NCBI GenBank assembly: GCA_020051175.1
Contig: JAGVJJ010000044.1
Coordinates: 192,761-256,760 of the forward strand
From: Bacteroidia bacterium
GTDB taxonomy: Bacteria; Bacteroidota; Bacteroidia; 2-12-FULL-35-15
DNA length: 64,000 nt
Reading direction: 5' to 3'
The position numbers were made by a program, and so were the translations under genes. Positions 35,781 through 45,541 of this stretch are shown one piece after another. Below the pieces are notes generated by a model. That model was not told the DNA's origin, searched no databases, and worked only from the letters and a program-made list of their open reading frames with translations. The first letter of the stretch is position 1. Each line of letters begins with the position of its first letter.

Positions 35781-38399
35781 ATGAGCCGTACCACTTATTT
35801 TGTTGATGTTATTTTACCATTAGCGGTTCCCAACCTTTATACCTATCGCGTCCCTTTTAACTGGAACGATTCTGTTGCAGTTGGCAAGCGTGTTGTAGTT
35901 CAGTTTGGAAGGGGTAAACTCTATTCAGCATTGATACGTCATATTCACCAGGTTCCTCCCAAACATTACGAAGCCAAATATATTGAGTCTGTTCTGGATG
36001 AAAAGCCGATTGTTCTGATAAAACAATTAGATTTCTGGGATTGGATGAGCGGTTATTATATGTGTCCTATTGGTGATGTGATGATTGCTGCTCTTCCTGG
36101 CGGCTTACGATTGTCAAGCGAAACCAAGGTTGTAATAAATCCCGGGTATAATTTGCAGGAGAATGGGAGTTTGCTCTCGGATAAGGAGTACCTGCTTATT
36201 GAAGCCCTGGAGCTTCGGAATACATTGAGTTTGCAGGAGATTTCCGAAATACTGGAACAGAAAACGGTTTATCCTGTTGTGAAAACATTGATAGAGAAAG
36301 GAGCTGTTCTGATCCAGGAAGAGCTTAAAGAAAAGTTTAAGCCTAAGATAGAAAGCTTTGTAAGAATTACGCCTTACGCTGATAACGAAGATAATTTACG
36401 TGAAATTTTTTCTGCTCTCGAGAAAAAAGCAAGTAAGCAACTCGATGTTTTACTGGCGTATATAAAGCTTTCGGGAAGGTATACAAAAAACGCTTTGCCG
36501 GATGAAGCAGGAGCCAATACTTACACGGAGGTAAAAAAATCCGATATTGTTAAGGCCGTAACCGGAGCAGAAGCGGCTCTAAAATCGCTTGTTAAGAAGG
36601 ATGTGCTGGAAGTATACGAGCAGGAAGTCGGAAGGTTTATAAAGCATGGCAATGCAACAAAAATTTCTGTTCTCAATGATGTTCAGCAACAGGTACTTTC
36701 GTCTATTCAGGAACAGTTTGGCTGGATAAAGGCAGATAGCAGCAACAAAAGTGCGCTTCCGATCCTGAACGTAGCTTCTGCTGCACCAGCGGTGAAGGAT
36801 ACGGTGCTTTTGCACGGTGTGACATCATCTGGTAAAACAGAAATTTATATTAAGCTTATTGAGCAGGTAATTTCCCGTGGACAGCAGGTTTTATATCTGT
36901 TGCCCGAAATAGCGCTTACTACACAGATAATAAACAGGCTAAGAAAGTGCTTCGGTGATACTGTTGGGGTATATCATAGCAAATTCAATGAGAATGAACG
37001 GGTAGAAATATGGAATACTGTTTTAAAGGCGAATTCTGGTGGCAATATTGATGACAACAGCAGTGCTGGAACGCATACTGCGGATTACAAGCTGGTAATA
37101 GGAGCACGTTCTTCACTTTTTTTGCCTTTTAGCAACTTAGGACTTATAATTGTGGATGAGGAGCATGATACTTCATACAAGCAATATGATCCATCACCCC
37201 GTTATAATGCACGTGATGCAGCCATTTATCTGGCGCATATTCACAAAGCAAAAGTGGTGCTGGGTTCAGCAACTCCAAGTATTGAAAGTTATTATAACTC
37301 TCAGGAAGAAAAATATGGCTTTGTTGAACTTTTTAAACGCTTTGGTGGTGTACAGATGCCCGAAATCCTGATTTCTGACGTGAAGGAAGCCACTAAACGC
37401 AAACTGATGAAATCGCATTTTTCGCCCATGCTGCTGGATGCTGTTTCCCTTGCCTTACAAAATAAGGAGCAGGTTATATTGTTTCAGAACCGAAGAGGTT
37501 TTTCTCCACAGCTGGAATGCAATACCTGCGCATGGGTGCCGCAATGTATCAATTGCGATGTAAGTTTAACTTATCACAAGGCAAGCAATCAGCTCCGCTG
37601 TCATTATTGTGGTTATGCTGCCAAGCCACCATCCAGCTGTTCGGCCTGTGGTGATACCAATTTAAAAACCAAAGGGTTTGGAACTGAAAAAATAGAGGAA
37701 GAGCTGGCTATATTTTATCCGAATGCGAGAATAGCACGTATGGATTTGGATACAACGCGCAGTAAATTCGCACACCAGCACATTATACAGGATTTTGAAG
37801 AAGGGAATATCGATATATTGGTGGGTACGCAAATGGTTACCAAAGGGCTGGATTTTGATAATGTAAGCCTGGTTGGCATTTTAAATGCCGACAGCATGCT
37901 TAATTTCCCTGATTTTCGCTCGTTTGAAAGGAGTTATCAGCTGATGGCACAGGTGTCGGGTAGGGCGGGAAGAAAGAATAAAAGAGGTAAGGTTATCATT
38001 CAGTCTTATAATCCCGATCACAGCATTATACAAAATGTTGTACGTAACGATTATTTATCCATGTACACCAATGAACTGCTGGACCGCAAAAACTTTAACT
38101 ATCCTCCATTCTACAGGCTTATAGAGATTACCGTGATTCATAAAGATGTAGATATGGTAAATGCTTCGGCTAAATTTCTTGCCGATGAACTGAAACGTCA
38201 ATTTAAACAACGTGTCCTTGGACCTGAATTTCCGCTTGTTTCCCGCATCCGTAATTTATACCAGAAGAATATTTTATTAAAGATTGAACGTGAAGCATCT
38301 GTTGTACAGGCTAAAAAAATAGTGATGGAAATGGTGTCTAAATTTAAGACCAGTGAGTTTAAGGCTGTAAGGGTACAAATTGATGTAGATCCTATGTAA
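35781..38399 (+). CDS. priA: Primosomal protein N' (replication restart helicase PriA)
   Basis: N-terminal FVDVILPLAVPNLYTYRVP, Walker A GVTSSGKTEIY, DEEH box IIVDEEHDTSYKQ, and a Cys-rich zinc region CNTCAWVPQCINCDVSLTYHK...LRCHYCGY...CSACG. Confidence 0.9.
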   Translation: MSRTTYFVDVILPLAVPNLYTYRVPFNWNDSVAVGKRVVVQFGRGKLYSALIRHIHQVPPKHYEAKYIESVLDEKPIVLIKQLDFWDWMSGYYMCPIGDVMIAALPGGLRLSSETKVVINPGYNLQENGSLLSDKEYLLIEALELRNTLSLQEISEILEQKTVYPVVKTLIEKGAVLIQEELKEKFKPKIESFVRITPYADNEDNLREIFSALEKKASKQLDVLLAYIKLSGRYTKNALPDEAGANTYTEVKKSDIVKAVTGAEAALKSLVKKDVLEVYEQEVGRFIKHGNATKISVLNDVQQQVLSSIQEQFGWIKADSSNKSALPILNVASAAPAVKDTVLLHGVTSSGKTEIYIKLIEQVISRGQQVLYLLPEIALTTQIINRLRKCFGDTVGVYHSKFNENERVEIWNTVLKANSGGNIDDNSSAGTHTADYKLVIGARSSLFLPFSNLGLIIVDEEHDTSYKQYDPSPRYNARDAAIYLAHIHKAKVVLGSATPSIESYYNSQEEKYGFVELFKRFGGVQMPEILISDVKEATKRKLMKSHFSPMLLDAVSLALQNKEQVILFQNRRGFSPQLECNTCAWVPQCINCDVSLTYHKASNQLRCHYCGYAAKPPSSCSACGDTNLKTKGFGTEKIEEELAIFYPNARIARMDLDTTRSKFAHQHIIQDFEEGNIDILVGTQMVTKGLDFDNVSLVGILNADSMLNFPDFRSFERSYQLMAQVSGRAGRKNKRGKVIIQSYNPDHSIIQNVVRNDYLSMYTNELLDRKNFNYPPFYRLIEITVIHKDVDMVNASAKFLADELKRQFKQRVLGPEFPLVSRIRNLYQKNILLKIEREASVVQAKKIVMEMVSKFKTSEFKAVRVQIDVDPM

Positions 38400-38440
38400 G
38401 AAGTAGTTTTGCTGCTACAAGTCACGGTTTAAAAGCATAA

Positions 38441-38471
38441 GGCCGAATACCTCTTTTGTGGGTATTCGGCC
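38441..38471. terminator. Hairpin between convergent priA and 38497-39429
   Basis: A perfect 11-bp stem GGCCGAATACC/GGTATTCGGCC with a 9-nt loop. The flanking T/A tracts are weak. Confidence 0.55.
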
Positions 38472-38496
38472 ATTCATAAGAATATTTTGTTTTTCT

Positions 38497-39429
38497 TTAT
38501 AAGCCATCCAACGCTGCTGTAAGCGCAGGGTCAGTTGTGGCAGCCATTGTTACCTCAATGGACGAAGAGGCCGTTACGGTCATGTTTTGTGAGAAGCTGA
38601 ACAATGTACCGCTATTATCTACTCCTACCGCAATAATCTTAACAGAAGAGTTGTCTGGAATAGAGCCTGATGTCATATTGTATACCTGCATTACCGTTTT
38701 GGTTGCAGGGAAATAAACAAAGATGGCGACATTGGTCAGGTTATCGGTAGAGGAAACAAACGATAAATGATGATTGACAGGCGCTCCTCTTCTGACATCG
38801 CAGTTGATCCAGCCAAGGCGAACAGTGGCTCCCAGGTAACCACCCGTTGCAGCTGCAAACGTTGGAATATAGCTGGTTGTAACACCAAGGGTGGTTGGAT
38901 TATCTGTCCAATCAACGTAGTTGGAGCTATTAAAACCATAAAACACGCGCATGTAGTTTGCCGGGGCAGAATTCGGCATTTTAATTGGCCATGAACAGCC
39001 AGGACGCAGCATAAGTTCTGTTCCGTCTTTAAATGCCCTGAGTCGAATTTCTCCACCTGTTTCAAGAATGGTATCTCCGGCTACAGTTGGCATCCTGTAA
39101 TAGATCATATCTTTCGGGGTATACAATTCAACCAGTTTCACTATGTAGGGGAGGGCCACCGTATCCCCGTTCGGATACATCAGGCATTGACGTCCCGGCC
39201 ATACATTTGTACCCTGGTTTCCCTGAATAGGGTTGCTTGATGAGTCAGAGTTAATGACAAATTCCTGTTCCTGCTGTTTTTTAGAATCAAAGTAATCATT
39301 GGGTGAATTATACTCATTAAGAGTACGTTCTTCTTCTTCGATTCTTTTTTTTGAGCAGCTGTAGTTTACAGCCGTCAGAAGCACCGCTAATGAATATAGC
39401 AATGCAAGTGTTGTTTTTTTGTTTTTCAT
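38497..39429 (-). CDS. Hypothetical lipoprotein
   Basis: The start was trimmed to the ATG at 39429 (MKNKKTTLALLYSLAVLLTAVNYSC lipobox). I recognise no family. Confidence 0.5.
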   Translation of the reverse strand: MKNKKTTLALLYSLAVLLTAVNYSCSKKRIEEEERTLNEYNSPNDYFDSKKQQEQEFVINSDSSSNPIQGNQGTNVWPGRQCLMYPNGDTVALPYIVKLVELYTPKDMIYYRMPTVAGDTILETGGEIRLRAFKDGTELMLRPGCSWPIKMPNSAPANYMRVFYGFNSSNYVDWTDNPTTLGVTTSYIPTFAAATGGYLGATVRLGWINCDVRRGAPVNHHLSFVSSTDNLTNVAIFVYFPATKTVMQVYNMTSGSIPDNSSVKIIAVGVDNSGTLFSFSQNMTVTASSSIEVTMAATTDPALTAALDGL

Positions 39430-39522
39430 GTTTAGATAATTTATTTGTTTGTTGTCAAATGGACTTCGCCATATCATCATTCCCGAAGTGTATCAGGCAT
39501 TTTTTAGCTCATTTCATGTTTG

Positions 39523-40053
39523 TTAGTTGTTATAGGCATCACAGCGCCTGCCATGTCCGCCAGAGCCGGAACTGCCATGGTTAGAACCCGGAATATACAG
39601 GATGCCAAGACGTAAGTGTGTTTCCAGAAAACGGATATTGTACCTGTATTCAAGAAACGGGCGTAAGCGGCCATTTGTTGATATGCCTAAGCCACCTTCA
39701 AGATTAAGGTTTGTTGGTTTTGCTGTTGCCATAGGAGATTCTGCATAGTTTAGCCAGCGGTTATATGCCCCATGCGCTATAGCATATATATGAAAACGTT
39801 CCCTGTAAATAAATTTATATTCCAGTGCCAGTCCCAGGTTCAATTCATTTACTTTGTTAAAGCTAAAAGGGAAATAATATGCAACCTGCGGAACAATACT
39901 TAACCTGTTGTATGGAAATATACTGACCCTTGCACCAGCGCCAAAACTTTCTGTCTGGAAATTATACATCACATCCGCTCCAATACCAATATTTTGTGAT
40001 TGAGCAGAAAACGATAAAAATGCAATTGCTATCAATAGAGTGAATGCTCTCAT
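39523..40053 (-). CDS. Small outer-membrane beta-barrel protein
   Basis: Signal peptide MRAFTLLIAIAFLSFSAQS. It shows an alternating-hydrophobic beta-strand pattern with aromatic girdles, and an unusual Gly/Ser/His tail after the last strand. Confidence 0.55.
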   Translation of the reverse strand: MRAFTLLIAIAFLSFSAQSQNIGIGADVMYNFQTESFGAGARVSIFPYNRLSIVPQVAYYFPFSFNKVNELNLGLALEYKFIYRERFHIYAIAHGAYNRWLNYAESPMATAKPTNLNLEGGLGISTNGRLRPFLEYRYNIRFLETHLRLGILYIPGSNHGSSGSGGHGRRCDAYNN

Positions 40054-40389
40054 TTTATGTTTAGTGTTTAAACGAACGTTAATATAAATTATTTGTGTCT
40101 AAAAAGCCAATTTTTTGCAGTATTTCGAAATCTTATCAGTTCCATAAAACGAGTTTTAATTAGCGAATTAAGGTGCTGTTTATTATTTAATGGCAAAAAC
40201 AAAAAAGGTCACCCACATAATAAAAAAAAAATTAAAAAGTACTCTCGAGTAATGTTAGGTAATCAGAAATTGATTTTGTTGGTGCACGGTCAATAGAAAG
40301 GAGGGGGAGCCAATCAAATTCCAATATTTATGGGTGCTGGGGTTTGCAGAGGATTTGTTTTTTTTGGGAAACACGGTTACCAGTTAGAC

Positions 40390-40434
40390 AAAAAAATCCC
40401 TGAAACAAAAATTGGGAAATTTTCGCTTCAGGGA
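40390..40434 (-). terminator. Rho-independent terminator of the stress operon (after DUF326 gene)
   Basis: An 8-bp stem TCCCTGAA/TTCAGGGA (40397-40404/40427-40434), followed on the minus strand by T7 (the A-run at 40390-40396). Confidence 0.6.
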
Positions 40435-40455
40435 GATAAAATTAGACTGGGTTCG

Positions 40456-40779
40456 TTAGCTTACCGGTTGTGCACACATTTCAGCACATTTCCGACAAGC
40501 TTCGGCACATTTCTGGCAATGCTCCATACTTGAATGTTTTTCACATTCCGCAGCACAGGCTTCGCAGATCTCTACGCAAAGTTTTAGAAATTTATCTGAA
40601 TTTTCAGAATCTTTTTCAAGGCGTGTTGCGGTGAGCCTGCATATTTCAGCACATTCTTCATCGAGCGCTATACAGCGTTGTAAATTCAATTTGTCTTTTT
40701 CGCGCTGACAAGCATCATAACAGTGCGTACATTGTGCCGCACAATAATATAGGGTATCGATTATTTTTTTATTGTCCAT
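40456..40779 (-). CDS. Four-helix-bundle Cys-rich copper-binding protein (DUF326)
   Basis: Repeated C-x3-C-x2-C-type segments: CAAQCTHCYDAC, CIALDEECAEIC, CVEICEACAAEC, HCQKCAEACRKCAEMC. Confidence 0.8.
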   Translation of the reverse strand: MDNKKIIDTLYYCAAQCTHCYDACQREKDKLNLQRCIALDEECAEICRLTATRLEKDSENSDKFLKLCVEICEACAAECEKHSSMEHCQKCAEACRKCAEMCAQPVS

Positions 40780-40808
40780 TGTTTTAGTGTTTATAAGGGT
40801 TAATAAGT

Positions 40809-42140
40809 TTACATTCCAAAAGGAAAGGTTTCGGGCATTTGTCGTCCGTCAGGTTTTATGTGCAAAGAATGAAGTGCAGTGGTTTCATCAATAAATATAA
40901 ATGCTTCATACCGGTGGGGAATAAGGCTGGGCACATAATTCCCAAAACGTTCATATTCTGGTATATATACCACACCTATGGCCCGGTGTTCCAATTCTTT
41001 TTGCCCGATTTCCTTTTTCATCTCATCGGTCATAAATACAATCCTGCTCTGGGTTCCCAACTGGTGCATAAGGTGTTCCCAACTGCCGGGTTTTGCTTTG
41101 GGTACATTTACTGAATACATTGGGCCACCCCATTCCCGGCTGGCAATAACAGTGCCTTTAAAAGAACCAAAACCAATTGAAAAAACCTGCTTGTTATTCT
41201 GCTCATTTAAGAGTTGTCCTACGTTTACCATTCCGTTTTGTGACATATCCGTTGCGCGTGCATCCCCAATATGGGTATTGTGCTCCCATATAATTGCTTT
41301 TGCATCCGGACCATGAAATTTCATCAGCCGGTTTAATGTTTCTACCATGTGGTGGTCGCGTGTGTTCCATGAGTCGGGACCAGGTTGTACCATTTGCCTG
41401 TAATACTTTTCTGCATTTACAATTATGTGTGCATTCTGTTCGGAATTGAGTTTCGTTTCAGGATCAGCTGCATACAAATTTGTATCTTTTTGTATCTGGC
41501 AGAGCAATTCCACAACCTCTTCCTGGCATATAGGAGACATTGTTTGCGTGGCCCTGGCATACGATGCGCCTTCACCATCGCTATATGGCTCAAAGCATTT
41601 TAGAACGTCCATTGCGGCACGTTTTGTTCTAAGATCTTTTTCACCAGTATAATTTATAATGGCATCCAGCGATTCCCATAAACTATAAACATCCAGTCCA
41701 TAAAAGCCAATTTTGTCCGGGGAACTTAATTTGTCATTGTGCTTCCGCAGCCATTCTGTAAGTGCTACCATTTCCCAATTGGCCCACATCCATGTGGGCC
41801 AGCGGTTGAATGTATGCAATACATCAAATGCATTGTTACCAGCTTCCGGATAGTTCTTTACATAACGGTTTACACGGTAGCAGTCGGGCCAGTCGCCCTC
41901 AACTGCGACAAATGAGAAGCCTTTCTTTTCAATCAGTTTTTTAGTGATTTTGGCGCGCAGGGTATAATATTCGTGAGTGCCATGAGAGGCTTCACCCAGC
42001 AGTACATATTTTGCATTGCCAATTTTTTCGATTAAAATGTCGAGATCGTTAGTATTACTCAATGCTATTGAATTGTTTAGCAGCAACTCATTAAGATTGA
42101 CAGTTTCACCGGTTCTTTCTTTTAAATAAGATATTCTCAT
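40809..42140 (-). CDS. Erythromycin esterase family protein
   Basis: LLGEASHGTHEYY, GDWPD, WPTWMWAN and WEHNTHIGD are characteristic Ere/ChaN-like motifs. Confidence 0.8.
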   Translation of the reverse strand: MRISYLKERTGETVNLNELLLNNSIALSNTNDLDILIEKIGNAKYVLLGEASHGTHEYYTLRAKITKKLIEKKGFSFVAVEGDWPDCYRVNRYVKNYPEAGNNAFDVLHTFNRWPTWMWANWEMVALTEWLRKHNDKLSSPDKIGFYGLDVYSLWESLDAIINYTGEKDLRTKRAAMDVLKCFEPYSDGEGASYARATQTMSPICQEEVVELLCQIQKDTNLYAADPETKLNSEQNAHIIVNAEKYYRQMVQPGPDSWNTRDHHMVETLNRLMKFHGPDAKAIIWEHNTHIGDARATDMSQNGMVNVGQLLNEQNNKQVFSIGFGSFKGTVIASREWGGPMYSVNVPKAKPGSWEHLMHQLGTQSRIVFMTDEMKKEIGQKELEHRAIGVVYIPEYERFGNYVPSLIPHRYEAFIFIDETTALHSLHIKPDGRQMPETFPFGM

Positions 42141-42778
42141 TTTTGTACAGTTTCTTTTTCTCTGTTTAACTCTAGTAATAGCTGAATTGCTTCGTCATCC
42201 GTCACTTCAGAAAAATCCTGATAATACATACTTACTCCTGAGAAGTTGCTGATCTGGTTAGGACAAATGAATTCGTCTACAAGTTTTTTTATCTTTTCCG
42301 AGGTTTCAACGGGAGCTACAGGGCTTGCAACAATAATTTTTCCGGGATGTCGTTTTTGAATGAGTTTTATTGCAGCCAATATTGTGTTGCCTGTTGCAAT
42401 ACCATCGTCAACTATTATAATGGTTTTGTTGCTCAGTGGGTATCCCATTTCTTTTCCAATGAGTTTCTTATAGCGTGCAGAAAGAGATTCCCTGATTTGC
42501 TTGATAGCATTATCGATATAAGGTTGGGGAATCAAATGATGTTTGTCTACAATGGCATCTTCCAGGCTTACTGCACCTATAGCCAGTTCAGGGTTCCATG
42601 GATGTCCGATTTTTTTTGCCATAAGGACGTGCAATGGGAAATGATAATGTTTTGCAAGTTGGTAAGCGATTGGTATTCCTCCCCTCGGAATAGCCATAAA
42701 CAGACAATCCTCATGTCTGTATTTTTTTAAGTACGGCAGCAGCTTCTGGGCCGCATCAGTTCTATCTTTATACAACAT
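42137..42778 (-). CDS. Phosphoribosyltransferase-family protein (putative, non-nucleotide-salvage type)
   Basis: IPRGGIPIAYQLAK...IIIVDDGIATGNT (PRPP motif). The stop overlaps the esterase start (ATGA), and the start overlaps the upstream gene by 11 nt. Confidence 0.8.
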   Translation of the reverse strand: MLYKDRTDAAQKLLPYLKKYRHEDCLFMAIPRGGIPIAYQLAKHYHFPLHVLMAKKIGHPWNPELAIGAVSLEDAIVDKHHLIPQPYIDNAIKQIRESLSARYKKLIGKEMGYPLSNKTIIIVDDGIATGNTILAAIKLIQKRHPGKIIVASPVAPVETSEKIKKLVDEFICPNQISNFSGVSMYYQDFSEVTDDEAIQLLLELNREKETVQK

Positions 42779-43430
42779 GGATTTTTATTTTTTGCGCATT
42801 GATGTATTTGTTAAACCACCCGGCTGCCAATGCAGCGGCTACTTGTAGTTTCCCGGGTTCCTCAAACAAGTGAGATGCGCCTTCAATGATTTCAAGTTTG
42901 TTTGGGCAGTGAAATTTCTTCAGGCAATTTTTGTTGTAATCAAGTACTGTAGTGTCTTTGCTTCCCACAATGAGCAATACAGGGGCTTCCACCTTATGTA
43001 ATGCAGATATTGCTAAATCAGGCCTTCCGCCTCTGGAAACTACAGCATGTATAAATCCATCCAGCTGTGCTGCTGCGGTTAAAGCTGATGCTGCACCTGT
43101 ACTTGCCCCGAAAAATCCGATAGGCAGCTTTTTTAGTCGCGGTAAAGCATTGATATGTGATGTAACGGAAATCAACCTTTCCGAAAGCAGAGGAATATTA
43201 AACCTGTTTTCAAAAACGCTGTCTTCTTCTTCTGTCAACAAATCAGCCAGTAGGGTTGCTATCTTGTTTTTGTTTAATTCAGTGGCCACAAGGCGGTTTC
43301 TTACGCTAAACCGGCTGCTGCCGCTTCCGTGTGAGAAGATCACTAGCGACAATGCACCATCGGGAACACTAAGGCTGGCTTTTAGGGATGTATAATTGCC
43401 AACTGGGATATTGATTTCGGAGATGCTCAT
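42768..43430 (-). CDS. Dienelactone hydrolase-like alpha/beta hydrolase
   Basis: VIFSHGSGSSRFS...GFFGASTGAAS (nucleophile elbow G-x-S-x-G)...LLIVGSKD...GASHLFEEPG. Confidence 0.75.
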   Translation of the reverse strand: MSISEINIPVGNYTSLKASLSVPDGALSLVIFSHGSGSSRFSVRNRLVATELNKNKIATLLADLLTEEEDSVFENRFNIPLLSERLISVTSHINALPRLKKLPIGFFGASTGAASALTAAAQLDGFIHAVVSRGGRPDLAISALHKVEAPVLLIVGSKDTTVLDYNKNCLKKFHCPNKLEIIEGASHLFEEPGKLQVAAALAAGWFNKYINAQKIKIHVV

Positions 43431-43459
43431 TTTGAAAAATGTAGTGTAACATCTTTTAA

Positions 43460-43927
43460 TTACAAATCAAAAACCAATTCTTTCTCTTGTGAGGCCCTCA
43501 TTTCTTCAGCGTTTTTCATTGCTTTATATTCATCACCTGAGATGTAACCGAATATTTTGATGTCTTTTTGAATTGTTCTTAGCAGATATATAATGTTGAG
43601 AATAAGAACTTCATTATCTGAGGATGAAAAATGCCACTGTACCTTTACCATTGCATGGTAATCGTCAAGTGGTATTATCTCTTTGGAATAAATAGCGGCA
43701 TTTTTTATGCCATTGTTTTTATATCGGATAAAGCTTTCTTTTGTCCTTTTTATTAGTTCATCACATTTTCCGCAAGTTACAATGTGAGGATTGGATTCAA
43801 TAAAGCAACTGGAAGACAAGTCAATGATAGCATCAATACACTCGTTGTTTTCATCAGCAAGAATCCTATTGAAAAGTGATTCATAGGCTACAAAGAAATT
43901 TTCTATTTTTTTATTTCTGTTGTGCAT
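43460..43927 (-). CDS. Hypothetical protein (possibly NTF2/SnoaL-like fold)
   Basis: An ORF co-directional with and tightly packed in the operon. It has no signal peptide, and the fold guess rests only on size and pattern. Confidence 0.4.
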   Translation of the reverse strand: MHNRNKKIENFFVAYESLFNRILADENNECIDAIIDLSSSCFIESNPHIVTCGKCDELIKRTKESFIRYKNNGIKNAAIYSKEIIPLDDYHAMVKVQWHFSSSDNEVLILNIIYLLRTIQKDIKIFGYISGDEYKAMKNAEEMRASQEKELVFDL

Positions 43928-43955
43928 TGCTGTTTTTTGTTTTTTATTGAATTTG

Positions 43956-44189
43956 TTACTTTTTCACCTTTCCAATTCTTGTTGGGTCGGTTTTTTCGGG
44001 CTCTTCTATCCGTGTAGGATCATTTTTGTTGGGTTCATTACCTCCAGGTTTTGGTTTTGTTGGATCCGGGTTTTTATCTGGTTTTACCGGAATATCTTTT
44101 TCGGGTTTAACTGGTGGTGAATCCTTATCTGGTTTTTGGTTGTTGAGTGTTTTCATAAATCGGATGGCTTTTGATTTGTATAATTTCAA
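43956..44189 (-). CDS. Small Lys/Pro/Asp-rich low-complexity protein (predicted disordered)
   Basis: KPDKDSPPVKPEKDIPVKPDKNPDPTKPKPGG...NDPTRIEEPEKTDPTRIGK, with DPTRI occurring twice. An alternative start is the ATG at 44156. The plus-strand shadow ORF looks non-protein-like. Confidence 0.4.
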   Translation of the reverse strand: MKLYKSKAIRFMKTLNNQKPDKDSPPVKPEKDIPVKPDKNPDPTKPKPGGNEPNKNDPTRIEEPEKTDPTRIGKVKK

Positions 44190-44254
44190 CGGTACAACTT
44201 TACGGTTATTTACAGGAAGGAAATATTTTTATTCCCTTCCTGTAAAATTCATTG

Positions 44255-44959
44255 TTATTTGTGGTTGTCAGTTTCAGTTCCGGTCCCAGTTCCGGTTCCA
44301 GTTCCAGTTCCAGTTCCAGTTCCAGTTCCAGTCCCAGTTCCTGTTCCAGTGCCTGTTCCAGTTCCAGTGCCTGTTCCATTTGTATTGGTTCTGTTGGTTC
44401 CGTTACCAGTGCCAGTGCCGTTGTTCATATTCCCGTTTGTCCCTGTCCCTGTTCCATTATTCATGTTTCCATTGTTGGTTCCGTTTGTTCCGGTTCCAGT
44501 CCCATTTCCACTATCCCATTTGTTTGTTCCAGTTCCAGTTCCCTGACCAGTTCCAGTTCCCTGACCAGTTCCAGTTCCACCTGAATTGGATTTGTTCCAA
44601 TCGGTATTTTGATTTGAATTTCCTGTCTTTTTATTTGTATTTGTTCCACTTCCTGTGGTGTTGGTATTTGTCTTGTTTTTTGTGGATTTGTCCATCATTT
44701 TTCCTTCAAGGTCAATGCATTCCCCATCTTTAAGTGTCATTGTGGTGCCATCAGCTTTGGTTACGGTTCCGTCCATTGAGATTCGCGTGCCGTTTGCTAG
44801 TGTGGTTTCAGAGTTTAGTTCTTTACCCTCATGCATAATTGTAAGTTTACCATTTTTTGTTTTAGCGCAATATTTGTCGCTGTAATCGTTGGTTGGGTTA
44901 CCTGCAATCGCAGTATACGTTAAAGTGCAGGTTGCAATTAAAAATGTTAGAGTTTTCAT
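44255..44959 (-). CDS. Secreted protein with small beta-rich N-terminal domain and long (Gly-Thr)n / Asn-Gly-Thr low-complexity tail
   Basis: Signal [19 protein letters not shown]. The N-terminal domain is [14 protein letters not shown]...[28 protein letters not shown]. The C-terminal ~125 aa are almost only G/T/N, ending in about 20 uninterrupted GT dipeptides. Confidence 0.6.
   Translation of the reverse strand: MKTLTFLIATCTLTYTAIAGNPTNDYSDKYCAKTKNGKLTIMHEGKELNSETTLANGTRISMDGTVTKADGTTMTLKDGECIDLEGKMMDKSTKNKTNTNTTGSGTNTNKKTGNSNQNTDWNKSNSGGTGTGQGTGTGQGTGTGTNKWDSGNGTGTGTNGTNNGNMNNGTGTGTNGNMNNGTGTGNGTNRTNTNGTGTGTGTGTGTGTGTGTGTGTGTGTGTGTGTGTETDNHK
44271..44582. repeat. Hexanucleotide microsatellite (CCAGTT)n plus 18-nt repeat x3
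   Basis: Positions 44271-44387 hold about 19 near-perfect CCAGTT/CCGGTT/CCTGTT units. Positions 44529-44582 hold three copies of CCAGTTCCAGTTCCCTGA (the last is degenerate). All units are multiples of 3 nt. Confidence 0.9.
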
Positions 44960-45029
44960 AGTTGTTGTTTTTGTTCCGCTCCTGACGGAAGTTTTGATTA
45001 TTAATTATTGTTTACTTGTTTATTGGTTT

Positions 45030-45473
45030 TTATTGAACTTTGATTTTATGACTTTGTTCTTTTTTTGTTTCTGGTTTTTTTGAAATGGTAAGTTTTAGCA
45101 CTCCATCGTTGTATTGGGCTAAAATGGAGTTGCTGTCTGCCTGGTCTGGAAGTGTTAACTTGCGCATAAATGAAGAATAATTGTATTCTCTCCTTGAATA
45201 TTTATCGGTTTCATTTTCTTTTGTTTCCGATTCTTTTTCGCAGGAAATAGTAAGAACATTAGCATCAACGCTGATATTAAAATCTTCTTTTTGTAACCCT
45301 GGCGCAGCTACTTCTATTAAATACTTATCTTTTTCTTCAGAAAGGTTTACAGATGGAATAGTTACCATCTGTCCGCTGTCCCAAAAATCAAGAAAATCAT
45401 TTCGAAAAAATTTGTCAAAAGGCATATCCCAATATGAAGCCAGTCTTCGTGGACGTTTTTCAAGTGTTTGCAT
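45030..45473 (-). CDS. Small heat-shock protein, Hsp20/alpha-crystallin family
   Basis: Alpha-crystallin domain: PSVNLSEEKDKYLIEVAAPGLQKEDFNISVDANVLTISCEKE...F.R.L.LP...YNDGVLKLTISK. Confidence 0.9.
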   Translation of the reverse strand: MQTLEKRPRRLASYWDMPFDKFFRNDFLDFWDSGQMVTIPSVNLSEEKDKYLIEVAAPGLQKEDFNISVDANVLTISCEKESETKENETDKYSRREYNYSSFMRKLTLPDQADSNSILAQYNDGVLKLTISKKPETKKEQSHKIKVQ

Positions 45474-45541
45474 TGTTGTTTTTTGTTTTTTGTTTTGAAT
45501 AGTGATTGTCAGGCTTAAATTATTATGCCAACATCAGTAAC

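Noticed and set aside
39523-39590. The Gly/Ser/His-rich tail (GSNHGSSGSGGHGRRCDAYNN) after the last beta-strand of the small OM barrel, considered as a metal-binding extension
   Set aside because: It is too short and of too low complexity to support a functional claim. It could simply be read-through to the next stop.
40093-40533. ORFs 40093-40296 and 40330-40533 in the 400-bp gap between the beta-barrel gene and the DUF326 gene
   Set aside because: Their composition is implausible. The second overlaps the DUF326 coding region and its terminator. I treated the region as non-coding (promoter of the beta-barrel gene plus operon terminator).
44026-44733. Plus-strand ORFs 44026-44733 (235 aa), 44252-44584 and 44259-44546 (poly-FQ, poly-S, poly-PV)
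   Set aside because: They are shadow frames of the hexanucleotide microsatellite. The minus-strand frame has a signal peptide and a folded N-terminal domain, and it fits the operon direction.
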